The notes under the pieces are model-generated. The model made no database searches and had not been told where the DNA came from. It saw only the letters and a program-made list of their open reading frames with translations. A program made the position numbers and the translations under genes. This document shows, piece after piece, positions 17,114 to 28,879 of a stretch of 64,000 nucleotides of DNA (its first letter is position 1; every line of letters begins with the position of its first letter). The stretch lies in the NCBI RefSeq assembly GCF_009914755.1, contig NC_060926.1. The stretch is one strand, 5' to 3'. Source of the DNA: the human T2T-CHM13v2.0 reference genome, Homo sapiens.

Positions 17114-17769
17114 GCCTATCGAGCATAGTGGCTACTGAATGCCCAGAAGTTTTGCTGAATTTTTGTGGGGCTGATTTATCACCTTCTAATTCTTATATGC
17201 TCTACAAGGATATCTAAAGTATTTGCTACTTTCTTCTCATCAGAGACAATCAGCATATTATCATCAATGTAGTGGATCAGTGTGATGACTTGTGAAATGT
17301 TACGATGATTAAGATTAAGAATTGATCTAGCCCTGAGGCAAGACTGTGAAGCCATATTGTTGGCTCTGCTAGATAAAAACAAATTGTTTTTGGTGGTCCT
17401 TGTAAATTGGCAGAAAAAGATATTAACTAAGTCAATAGCTACATACCAAATGCCAGGGGCCATGTGGTTTGATAAAGATATTACATCTGGGTCAGCAACT
17501 ACATTTGGAGTCACCCAATAATTAAGTTTAGGGGAGTCTACAGCCATTCTCTAAGATCCATTTAACTTCTGCCGAGGCAAAATAAGTGAGCTAAGTGGGG
17601 ATGTGATAGATATCACAAGTCTTATTTCAAATCTTTGATAGTGACATCAATCTTGAGAGTTTCCTCAGGGATATGTTATTACTTCTGATTTACTATCTTT
17701 GAAGAAAGGGGAAATTCTAAAGCCTTCTACTCAGCTCTCCTATCACATGGTCCTCTCTCTATGGGTTAG

Positions 17770-18001
17770 CAGGGGTGTCCAATCTTTGGGTTTCCCTGGG
17801 CCACATTAGAAGAAGAAGGATTGTCTTGGGCCACACATAAAACACACTAACACGATAGCTGATGAGCTGGGGGAAAAAAAAGAATTACAAAAAAAAAAAA
17901 ATCTCATAATGTTTTAAGACAGTTTACAAATTTGCGTTGGGCCACATTCAAAGCCATCCAGGGTCGCATGTGGCCCATGGGCCACAGGTTAAACAAGCTT
18001 G
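17770..18001 (+). mobile_element. MER30 (hAT-Charlie MITE) inserted in ERV-L
   Basis: caggggtgtccaatcttt...gggccacattagaagaagaa...gggccacattcaaagcc...acaagcttg matches the recalled MER30 consensus. Confidence 0.8.
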
Positions 18002-19037
18002 GTTTAGAGAGTCAATATAGAGATTCTGCCAGTTACCCAGTATGTCTATTCCAATTATTCATTAAAGAACTGGGGAAATAAGCACAGGCTAGATCTGCTG
18101 ACCCCCTGGACCCACTATGAGTACAACTGGAGCTAAGACTCCATTTGTTACCTGAGCACTTTTAAGTCTCCACTTTGAACAGTTGGCCACAGTATTTTTG
18201 GGTCCCCCTAGGAATTAGTATGAAAGGTCTGATTATTTCCTTTTCCCCAAAGCATAGTCTCTGGTAAATGGCTACAGGTCCCTTTGGGGAAAAGCTCTGG
18301 GAGTGTGAATTGACTTAGGTCTGAAAACTGAGTGAGATGCTGTGACTCTTGATTGCAGCAACTAAAGTTAACTTTTTTGCTACCAGAGCTAGAGATTTTC
18401 CTATTATATAGATGAAGGGATGCTATAGTACTGCTTACGTATTTCATTCATTAGCTACCACTAGGCATATACCAAAGACATTATCTCAGCTGTCAGAAAC
18501 ATCTGCAAGCCAATGTTTTCTGATACCTCTATGGCCCAGCTTTTCATTGTGGGAGATGTATATACTTTGTATTTGGTGTATAAGGGCTTACTGCCACTTG
18601 GCTTTTGCTACTATGGAATTTCATCATCTCCAGTAAAATCAGAGAGCCAATTTCAATGGTCTACAAAGGAGAGCAGGCACAGATTTTTTCATGGATGCAG
18701 GGAATCCCTTCACTAATGTACTTCTTAATACTTTAGTGAAAGGAGTGTCTACTGGGCCTTTTCATGGCATGTATTTGGAGGATGGGCAGGTTGCATTCAA
18801 TTAATTCAACCAACCATTCCTTTTTTGAAGGAGTCCAAACACACACAAGCAGTAGGCAATTTCTCTCCATTCATTCTTCCTTTGAGGCCCCAAAAATATT
18901 AAGGAATAGGGGGTGAAGGAATAAAGAAGATTGCTTGCTCAATTGTTATCATTTTGCATTCACCTTTCTACAGGTTTACCAATGCTGATGTGATAGACAC
19001 TCCTCCTCCATCTCTCAGCTTCCATTACCCTCTAGAA

Positions 19038-19250
19038 AAAGTGTCAACAAACTTTTTATAAAGGACTAGATAACAAATTTTTTTTTGCTTTGCTGGCCAT
19101 ATGGTCTCTACTGCAACTATTCAATTCTGTTGTAGTACAAAAAAGACAATTTGTAAATGAATAATCATAGCTGCATTCCAATTAAACTTTGTTTTCAAAA
19201 ACAGGTAGTGGATCAAATTTGGTCTAAGAACTATAGTTTACTAACCCCTG
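19038..19250 (+). mobile_element. MER58A (hAT-Charlie MITE)
   Basis: Perfect 8-bp TSD CTCTAGAA at 19030-19037 and 19251-19258; MER58-type internal sequence (ggccatatggtctct..caactattcaa). Confidence 0.8.
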
Positions 19251-20059
19251 CTCTAGAAATTCTAAAAGACTTCAATCTCAATATTTGTAAGTCTCCCCAT
19301 ATTTACCCCTTCCCCATTAGCTGCCACCTCCCCAGATATAAAACAGAATTTTTTTCAAGTCTTCCATAACATCATTTTTTATTATACATAAAATCTGTGT
19401 CTACCTTTAAGATTAGGCTATATATGTGCCTAATTTGAAGCGAACAATATCCCTCCACTTCTCCAACTACCATCTGAAATTCCTGCATTATCCACTCTTC
19501 ATGGTTAAGGCACAAGAAAAGCTCCTTTAATGTAAAATTTGGGTTGGAAATAAACCAGAATCAGCCTAAACTTTAATTCTTCTATCAACAGCTGGCCTCA
19601 AGTAGGGTAATTTTACCCAGAACCATGCATAGTCAATTACCATACACAGTGAGGCCTACTAAACACACACTGGATGCCAAGCTCCAAATAGGGGAGGGTG
19701 GGGTGCTTAATTCAGTGGGATTTATATTTAATTCTTTAGGCAAAGGGAGAGGCCCTGATGAGTTTTCAGCAAGGTGATGACCTAATGAGAACGGAAGTTT
19801 AGAATGATTGTCGTTGAAGTTGTGCTGAATATGGAATTTTTGGGGAGGTAGAAAAACCTGATAGGAGGCTAAAGGCAATTAGGATACCCTTAAAAGTAGT
19901 CCAGGCAAGAGATAAATATAAGGGGCATGGAAGCTTAGAAACAGATTTTGGAAGTAGAGTTAGCTGAACTCAGCAAATGAGTCAATGTGGAGGCTACAGA
20001 GGTTGTTAAGTTGTGACGGGTGTTAAGGATGTGTTCTGGACTTGTTGAAAGGTGCTAGC

Positions 20060-20170
20060 TAGCTAGGTGCTTGTAATCCCAGCTACTCGGGAGGCTGAGG
20101 CAAGAGGATTGCTTGAGCCCAGGAGTTCAAGACCAGCCTAGGAAACACATCAAGACCCCATCCTGAAAAA
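20060..20170 (+). mobile_element. 5'-truncated FLAM/FAM monomer
   Basis: Alu monomer with a 13-bp TSD GAAAGGTGCTAGC at 20047-20059 and 20171-20183. Confidence 0.82.
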
Positions 20171-20599
20171 GAAAGGTGCTAGCAGATGGAATGCTCTCTC
20201 TTCTGCATTATCTTCAGTGGTAGACCTAGAACTCAAAAATATGAGACAAGAGGCCAGTGAAACTAACAGAGGCAATGATAGAGGGTAGAGTACAAGAAGG
20301 AGACTGAGGTAACAACAGAAACAAGTTTTATCCAGTTCAAAATGATGGGTCACATCTGAAAAAACAAAGGTCATGTTCAAAAAGCTCAAAGAAAACAATA
20401 ATTTCTATGAGAAACCCTGTCTGCTTTATTAATTGTCCTCTAGAAATGAGCCCCCTCTGCCATTAAGTATTTACTATCAGGTGTTTTTCCCCCTTTCTCC
20501 TTATCTCATTTGACTCAGAATTATCAAACTTGCAGGGCTGCTTACTACTGTAGTCTCTATAAAAGCATCAATCAGATGTGGGGATGACTTCTAGAAATC

Positions 20600-21860
20600 C
20601 CATAGATACGCTAATGCACTAGTGAAATGGCACACCTGTAACTTGCACATTAAAGCATTGTTCTAATATCAAAGGGTTGAAACAACCGAGAACTCTACCA
20701 ATAGGGAAAGAGATAAATTATGATGGAGTAATATGATTAAATATTATGCAAAGTAAAAAACAAGGCCAATTTATATGCTGATATGAAATGATCCCAATAT
20801 AGTTAAATGGGAACAAAAAAAGCAAGAATTATTTGTATTTTAAAAAGAGGGAAAAAACATACATATTGTTTTTATATTTTTAAAAAATAGCATCGGTTAC
20901 CTCTGGGGAAGAAAACTGGTGTCAGAGGGCAACAGTGAAAGGAAGATTTATCATATACCTCTCCTAACTTTTGAAAATTGTGAACTTCAAACAACTGGAG
21001 TTCACAAACAACTGCAACTACTAACACATTTTTAAGAATTAAATAAAACAGAAAGGAAAATGTATGAAGGTAGAATAAAGAGTTTTAGACATTCAATATC
21101 TCACATTTCTTCATTCCATGCACCATTTTCCAGCAAGCTAGTGGTGGATATGTGTTTCATCCAAATGAGGGGGTGAATAAAAAACAAAAGTCATAGTATC
21201 TAAGGAACAGAGGCTCTATCAGAGATGTCAGCAAAAAGAAATTCCGAACAACCACCACGGAACAGGCCTAGAGAGCAACAGTCCGAACAGGGGCAAGAGG
21301 ACAGATTGCTCCAGTAAGGGACAAATAAATCTGTTATGTTAGACTACATGGAAAACCAAGCTGAAAAGATGTTAGAGTACATAGAAATTGTACTCCAATA
21401 GATATATGGAAACACTAAGCCAAGTGTTTTCTTAAATGAGTTCATTATTACTTCTAGGATTAAAAAAAAATTCTACAAGTAAGGAATCCTACTCGTAATA
21501 TGCTTGCTTGACTCTGTAGTAAACAATATCTATGTAATCACAGTAAATAAATACTAAAATGCAAACAAACAATGTGAGAATTATGTTGGGAGGTCAAGGA
21601 GGGAGAGTAGAGGTGGCTGTGTATGAAACAGCTAAATATTTATCTACCATAATAGGAAGTCAGTAGATATTGCCAAATATTGATACATTAAGAAACAGCA
21701 GTATAAGCATATTATTTGAAAAGGTAAGGGCTAGAAGAAACATTTAAATAAATGAAAGTAGTTGCTTTTAGGCAACAGGACTGGGGAGACGAGAAAGGAG
21801 GGGCAGAGTTGACTGGATTTTTATTGTTGTTGGAAGTCTTTTAATAACCCTATTTTACTT
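20600..21860 (+). mobile_element. Old L1M 3'-end fragments
   Basis: A-rich sequence with L1M 3'UTR-like motifs (agcattgtt..gaaacaac..caataggga; gttacctctgggga); boundaries approximate. Confidence 0.45.
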
Positions 21861-21887
21861 TATTTACATGTAAGTAGGATAAATGTA

Positions 21888-22199
21888 CAGTCATGTCCTG
21901 GTATCTGCAGGAGATTGGTTCCACAACCCCTGTGGACACCAGCATCTGCAGATGTTCATGTCGCTTTTATAAAATGATGCAGTACTTGGATTTAACCTAT
22001 GCACATCATCCCAATTACTTTAAATCATCTCTAGATTACTTTTAATGCCTAATTCAATGTAAATATTGTGTAAATAGTTGTTATACTGTGCTTTTTTATA
22101 TTATTTTTTATTGTTGTGTTACTTTTTTCCTGAATATTTTCATTCTAAGGTTGTTTGAATCTATGGACACAGAACTCATGGAAACAGAAGGCGAACTGT
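21888..22199 (+). mobile_element. MER2 (TcMar-Tigger)
   Basis: cagtcatgtcctggtatctgcaggagattggttcc...aacctatgcacatc...tttaaatcatctctagattactt matches MER2. Confidence 0.78.
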
Positions 22200-22430
22200 G
22201 CAGGATTTGGAATTGTACTGCTTCGACTTGAGTCTTGGCTCTAATCTTTCACTAACCTTGTAAATAGAGGCAAAATACTTAATCTCTCAATTTTCCTATC
22301 TTTAAAATAGGGAGGAAAATAGTATGCACCTCATAGGGTTGCTTTGAAGACTAAATAAGTAAACTCATGTAAATTGCTTAAAATATGCCTGCCATGTAAG
22401 TGTTCAATAGTAAATAAGGACCAGTACTTA
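22200..22430 (+). mobile_element. MIR
   Basis: Core ggcaaaatacttaatctctc..ttttcctatctttaaaataggg..cacctcatagggttg. Confidence 0.7.
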
Positions 22431-22659
22431 TTATGAGAATAAATATAAACTATTATTACTTGATAAAAATATAAAGGCATTAATAACTAAAATCTATTTT
22501 TAAAAATATGGGCCATATATTAATGTCTGCCTCCTTCGTGGGGAAACTTTTGTTTTTATAAGTTAATGCTCCCAGGTACTAAATAGGACTTTATTTCTTT
22601 AGCCTACAGCCTTCACTCTAACCCATAGTTAGGGGGAAGGATGTGGTGAGACTGTTGAA

Positions 22660-23170
22660 AAATTCCAAGTTACAGTTAGTGATGAAAAAGTGGGAGCTCA
22701 AACTGGAATTTGAAGACTGCATGTTAAGTAGTTATGCCAAAATGGGAGGGAAGAGCCTTCCAGGCCAGGAAGCCCACTTGCAAAGACCTAGAGGCAGAAG
22801 GAACAGAGCAATATAAAAAGATTGGTGGAGCTGGAGCAATGATGAGTGTGCTATATGTTTGATGGGAGCCAAATCATGCCAGGCCTTTGGGCATGTTAAG
22901 GAGTTTGCCTTATCTTAAGGGCCATGAAGGGCTTTATGCAGGGTATAACATAACCACATATTTTGAAAAGATCACTCTGGGTGCAGGGTGAGGAACTAAC
23001 AAGCAAGAAGCCAGAATGAGCTCAGATAGACAAACAGCGAGGCCATGGCAAAAGTCCAGGCAAGAGATGATGATAGAGATAGGAATGAATAAAAGTAGAT
23101 GGATTTGAGGAATATTTAGAAGGTAAAACTTACAGAACTTGGCATAGGACTAGCCAAAAAGAGATGAAAG
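22660..23170 (-). mobile_element. L2 fragment
   Basis: L2 3'-region motifs (gcaaagacctagaggcag, aaagatcactctgg, gtccaggcaagagatgatg). Confidence 0.6.
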
Positions 23171-23541
23171 GACTGCTAATTCCAAGAAATCTTTTGCCTC
23201 ATTTTATTTTTGTTTTTCTTTGTTTGGTCTAGTCTAACTCAATTATATTTTTTAAGTAAAGGCTGCTCCCTTTAAGCTCCTCAACAATAATAATATACTC
23301 AATTGTGGAATATGTATAAGCAAAAGCTGCAAGACATTTCAATTACAAAGTTAACTTTTCACTTTTAAATGATAAAACCCCAAGATCTTGGAACAGAACC
23401 AAAAGGTCCCAAAATAAAATAGAATTCAAAGTAAAAAGATAGAAGTAACAGCAATCCAAATTAAATAGACTAATTAAGTCAGTGAAACAAGTTCGCTACT
23501 CCCCAGTTTCTTTGGTTACTTCCCATTAAAAAGGCAGATTG

Positions 23542-23833
<292 letters not shown>

Positions 23834-23955
23834 GGCAGATTGACTTATATTGCCTGCCGATGCCTCTCCCCTTTCTGTGACATTTCTACCCCAAAATTTT
23901 TATTCCACAAAAGGCTTAATGGAAAGAGAAATTTTGCATGTTTTGCAAATAATCC

Positions 23956-23961
<6 letters not shown>

Positions 23962-24003
<42 letters not shown>
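23962..24003 (+). repeat. (GT)21 microsatellite
   Basis: Perfect dinucleotide run. Confidence 0.97.
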
Positions 24004-24006
<3 letters not shown>

Positions 24007-24613
24007 CAGACAAGAGCAAAAGCAGACTATATTTATATCGTATCAAGCAAATAATAGAAGTATACACAGGACACCTCACCCTGCTCAGGTATATGTGGAG
24101 GTGTGGGTGAGGGGACACAGTTTCCCAAATGAAGCAAGACCTTCTTTGAGTTTTAAGAGCCATTAAGAGCTATAGATAGATGTAAAGATAGAAGGAAAGG
24201 CACTCTCTGCAGTGGGAAGTGCAAAAGAAAAGCACACAAGAAAAAAAAAACAATAAGAAGTCTATTGCTGGGAAATAAAATTTCGGCTTATGGAGTATCA
24301 CTCCAGAGTTAAGCAAGTCTCAGATCCCATGGGACCATTTTAAGGGCTGTGGGTTCTATCCGGTAAGCAACAGAAAATTGTTGAAGGATTTTAAGTGAGA
24401 GAGAGAATTTGCATTTCTAAAAAGATCATCCTCATCCTCCAGATGGTGGACTTGAGGTTGACAACACTATCTGCTGAGATACCAGGTAGGAGGCAGCTAT
24501 GATACCTTGGTTGAGAGATGTTAAGACCTTAAACTAGATCAGTAGAAGTGAAAGAATTTATGGCTGGGAGAAAGGTATAAAATGTTAAGTGGATTCAGTG
24601 TTCTAATGGTTGT

Positions 24614-24970
24614 TGTCTTAGTTCATGCTATAACAAAATACCTTAGACTGGGTAATTTAAACAACACAAATATACCACTCACAGCCAGAAAGCTGGGAAG
24701 TCCAATATCAAGCTGCTGGCAGATTCAATGTCTGGCGAGGGCACATCCCTCATAGATGGCCTCCTAGGTATCCTCACATGGAGGAAGGGCAAAAGGCTAA
24801 CAAGCTTTCTCAGTCCTCTTTTATAAGGACATTATCTTTTACAAAAACACACGAGGCCAAGGCCCTCGTGACCTGATGACCTCCCAAAGACCCTACTCCT
24901 AATACCAATACATTGGATTTGATTTCAACATATGAATTTTGGAAAAACACAAACATTCAGACCATAGCAG
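24614..24970 (-). mobile_element. MaLR solo LTR (MST/MLT1A-like)
   Basis: tgtcttagt..gctataacaaaataccttagactgggtaattt...aacattcagaccatagca. Confidence 0.8.
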
Positions 24971-25102
24971 TTGTAGAGGCTAAGAAAAAGAGTTTAAAAT
25001 TACCTCTGGATTTCTGGTATGGCACCTGGATGGTAGTACACATTTATGATTCACTCTCCCAAATCTCTGCAGCAAAATATATTTCAAAATTCAGGATTTG
25101 AC

Positions 25103-25214
25103 AGCCTGTAGTCTCAGCTACTTGGAAGGCTGACATGGAAGGATCACTTGAGTCCAGGAGTTCAAGATCAGCCTGGGCAACATAGTGAGACCTTGTCTCA
25201 TAAAAAAAAAAAAA
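25103..25214 (+). mobile_element. FLAM monomer, inside a probable Tigger/MER46-like fragment
   Basis: gcctgtagtctcagctacttgg...gagaccttgtctc plus A tail. Confidence 0.78.
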
Positions 25215-26750
25215 TCTGATTTTTTTGGATGTTAGAAAGGTGATATGGTTTACATAATCAATGTAAAAGTGTACCCCAGCAGGGCCTGGGCAGTATTATG
25301 TAATCAAACAGCACTATTTCTGCAGCTGGACATAATCCACTAAGTTGAATACACAATCACAATAGCCTCCTGACAGTTCACTCAGGCTTTGCTCCAACTG
25401 AGTTCAAGTTTTGCTAACAAATGAGTTAAATTTTGTTTTGCTTTGTTTTCAGAGGATGATTTTTGAATTATAGATAAGAAATGGTACAATGTACTACTAT
25501 CTATAAATAGAATACAGAGAGTGAGCAGGTTGTTTGTTCATTTGTTTTTTGATGAGATGAAGGTTCTGGTTTGAACATATATAATCTCCAGTGATGAACA
25601 AATGTTAAAGATGTCCAATAGGCAATCATATAGAAAAGAAAATTAGTTTGGACAGTTTGAAACTGAAACAATTATAGGGAAAAGGTGTACTTGGGGGAAT
25701 ATTCTCTCTTTAGTGCCAAAAATAAGAGCCCAACTCTGAGAATGACCCAAGGAAGTGTCATATAATTGTCAGTAGTCTCTAATGACCTAGAATTCAGAGT
25801 CCTACTTGTCTTTGCTTTGCAATAAGTGAATGTACTTTTGTCTCTTGCCACTGCTGGAATTGATTTGAATTCAGTTTTCCCCCTTAGTGTACACGAGTTG
25901 TGTTAAATTTCACCCAAATTACATAGTATGAATTATTTTGATACTAACTAAATGCATAATTGAACAGCTAACTGAAAACACCTTCCTTTTCAATAGGATT
26001 TTATATCTATAAAGTATCTATCATTCCAAATGTATTTTTGCACTTGATGGACTAAAGAACTGAATACATGTGAAGATGATTCAGGCACTGATCATTTCTA
26101 AAATCCTAAATATGATAATATTTTCCTTAGGAGAAATATTTCACCCACCAAGAATGTAAAGGCAGGTTAAAATTGAAAGTGTCTACGGAAGGCTTAATTA
26201 TCCAATCAGAGCTTCCAAGACTACATTCCTACAAATCATTGAGGGATCTATTTTAATCTCTCAATGTAGTCTTTTTGTGGAGAGGGGGAGTGTAATTCCT
26301 ACAATTTGTCTCATACTTGTTTCATAGTAAAAAAGAAAAGCATTAAATATTAACAGAATATAAACCAAATAATAAACTGGCTATGTTTTCTCTAATAAAT
26401 TTTCAGACTCCACCCAGAACTCTAACTCAGTCATAAAACTTTAAGAGTTCAGAATAGAGCTGGACAGAAGGTTTCTCCCTCAAAATTTCACTGAATTCTT
26501 ATCATCAAAATCCCCTCAGAAAAAAATATTTCTAGTTTTTCCTGTTCCCAAATACACTACAGCATGATGAGAACCCATTTAACACAAAATATGTATAATG
26601 AACAAGGTTTCATGTAGTTCTTAATATTTGAAAGATTTAATCTAGCACCAAGGTCCTGGAGCCTCAAGCCCTACAATACATGTTTAATTAGGATTACAGT
26701 AAAGTTTTTAAGAAATAATTTATTTTCTTTCATGTGAGTGGGTGTGTGCC

Positions 26751-26778
26751 TGTGTGTGTGTGTGTGTGTGTGTGTGTA
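26751..26778 (+). repeat. (TG)n microsatellite
   Basis: tgtgtgtg... run. Confidence 0.92.
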
Positions 26779-28879
26779 TACGCATGTATGAGACAGAGAA
26801 AAAGAAAGCTGGTAGAAAAATCAGCCTTTAAAAGAACAAAAATTCAACAGAATAGTGCTATTTTCACATTGAGGGCTCCAGCACTTTCGTGGTCATAAAG
26901 CAGTCTAATTGTTTAGACCAACGTTTTTAAAAATAAAATAATAAAGAACATACATGTTGTAAGGTTAAGCACTGTTTTATATTAATAAAACTTGTTTCAT
27001 TTATATACACTCACATTGGAGTTTACAGAGTTGAGGCAGAGAATAAATTAGTTATTGAGGATTGCAGTAAAAGGAAAAAAAAGTTTAAAGAAACTTAGTG
27101 TTAAGGAAGTGTGCTTGAAATAAAAAATCTGGAGTGTTGCAAATGGATGAAAGGCACTGGGTAGCTGCCTCATAAAATATATTTTAAGCCAATATAATAA
27201 AAAGATCAGAAGACTAAATAATGTTATCCACATTGACTTAAAAAATTAACTGTGGCTTGGAAATACCAAGAAGGAACTAAAAGTCTCAACTGACATGGCA
27301 TCATCAATATGCATGCTATTCCACAATGAGAGGAGCATGATGCCTTCACTGGGTAGTTTCCACGAAGTCAGGCAATATTTGGACAAGTAGAAATGAGGGT
27401 AAATCAGAGTGAAGAAAGAGCAATGGACAATTCTGTAATTACAAAGGCCTTACAAATTATATGAAAGAAAAAAGATAAACATCTTATGGTAAGTGAGGAT
27501 GTGGGTGGTGAAAAGTAAGATACAGGAGTCATGAGTCAAGCCACTGGAATGATCATGCCATCTCTGAGTGAAATGAAGTTAGAATACCTCTCTTGGCTTC
27601 AATTTTTCATAAATGGATGGTTTGAGTATTGAATCTCCAAAGTGAGAAAGGGATCTCGAGAATGCTAGGGCTGGAAGATACTCCTGATTGTTTTTAAGGT
27701 TTTGTTATCTTAATCTAGGAAAGTATTATTTTTCCTATTTAACAGATAGATTAAGTTACACTGTTACTCTAGCTAATGCAAACATGTTACATTTCTCACT
27801 AGAGGTTAAGAGGAAAGACAGTCTGGTAACATCTGCCTAGTAAGTAATGAAGACTAATATTCAAAATTCAGGGAACAACTCCTATATCTCATATTTAAAC
27901 AGTATTTAGCACATTTGTTTCTCTGTATGGAGACAAGATTAAGAGGTCAGGTGAGATCCTTTTAAGAAATGTAGAAAAGTGGTGATTGAATTAATAATTA
28001 CATCATGTTATGCTGTGGTTGGCTTTTAGATTTCCATCTAATCTTAAAAAGAAGAAGAAAAATAACCCCACTACATGTTGCATCAGGCATTTTAAGTAAA
28101 ACGTGCAATTTAAAAAATATTTTTAAAATGTGTGGAGATAGAACAAAACAATGGAATTGTTATTATTATCAGAAACTTCTACGTAAAAATGTTGGTTAAA
28201 GCAATATATAAAGATTGATTCTCGGTACAAATTGCTTGGAAAGTTTAACATGTGCACTAGATTTCAGATATTAAAAGTTAAATTAAAAAAAAGAATCTAA
28301 TGGCAGCGTGTGACTTTAACCTCATGGATTTTAGCCACAAACGCAAAGAAAAATATATACAATAAAAGAAGCAACAGATTTTCCCACAAGCAGAGATTTT
28401 CTAATTAAAATGCTGTCACTTTAATATTTTTTAGCTATAGAATTTGACTGTAAATGTCTTCATTATGTAGTGTAACTTCTATAGCAAGTTATGTTAACGT
28501 TTTCAAGAATCGGAAATATTGGTAACTCGATGGGGTTCTTAAAACAGAAATAGTTTCTTTGATGAGTTGGAAAGAGAAGGAAATAAAAGTCTAAGGTAAG
28601 CGCCAGTTTCACCCTCAATTCTTAGGCTTCAGAAAAGCCTAATTAGGCAGGGAAAGGAATCTGGGCCTGGCACACCCAAGCTTAGACGTGGCAGGATCCT
28701 GAAACAATGTTTTTTTGAACCTTTGAGTCATATGCCACAGGCAAACCATAGCCGCGATATGCAGGTCCTTAAGTCAACAGGTCCTCTAACGAGATGGTGA
28801 GTGGTTGGTGCGTGGCAGTTGGATTTCTTCCCGCCACGGAAGAAAAGAACTCTTCTCCATTGATCAGGAAAGTGGGCCC

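Larger units (their letters stand above)
14862..18840 (-). mobile_element. Degenerate ERV-L internal region (gag/pro/RT/RNase H/IN remnants), 5'-truncated
   Basis: ORF 17179-17547 shows ERVL RT motifs (VDSPKLNYWVTP..., PGIWYVAIDLVNIFF, LIHYIDD). ORF 16536-16718 resembles the ERVL connection/RNase H region (VQAMLPLQLYD...ALWSLWKVPIAESQYRHLGF). Many stops and frameshifts. Confidence 0.85.

Noticed and set aside
17179-17547. RT-like ORF as a possible domesticated gene
   Set aside because: Frameshifted between motifs and surrounded by stops and insertions; a decayed ERV-L.
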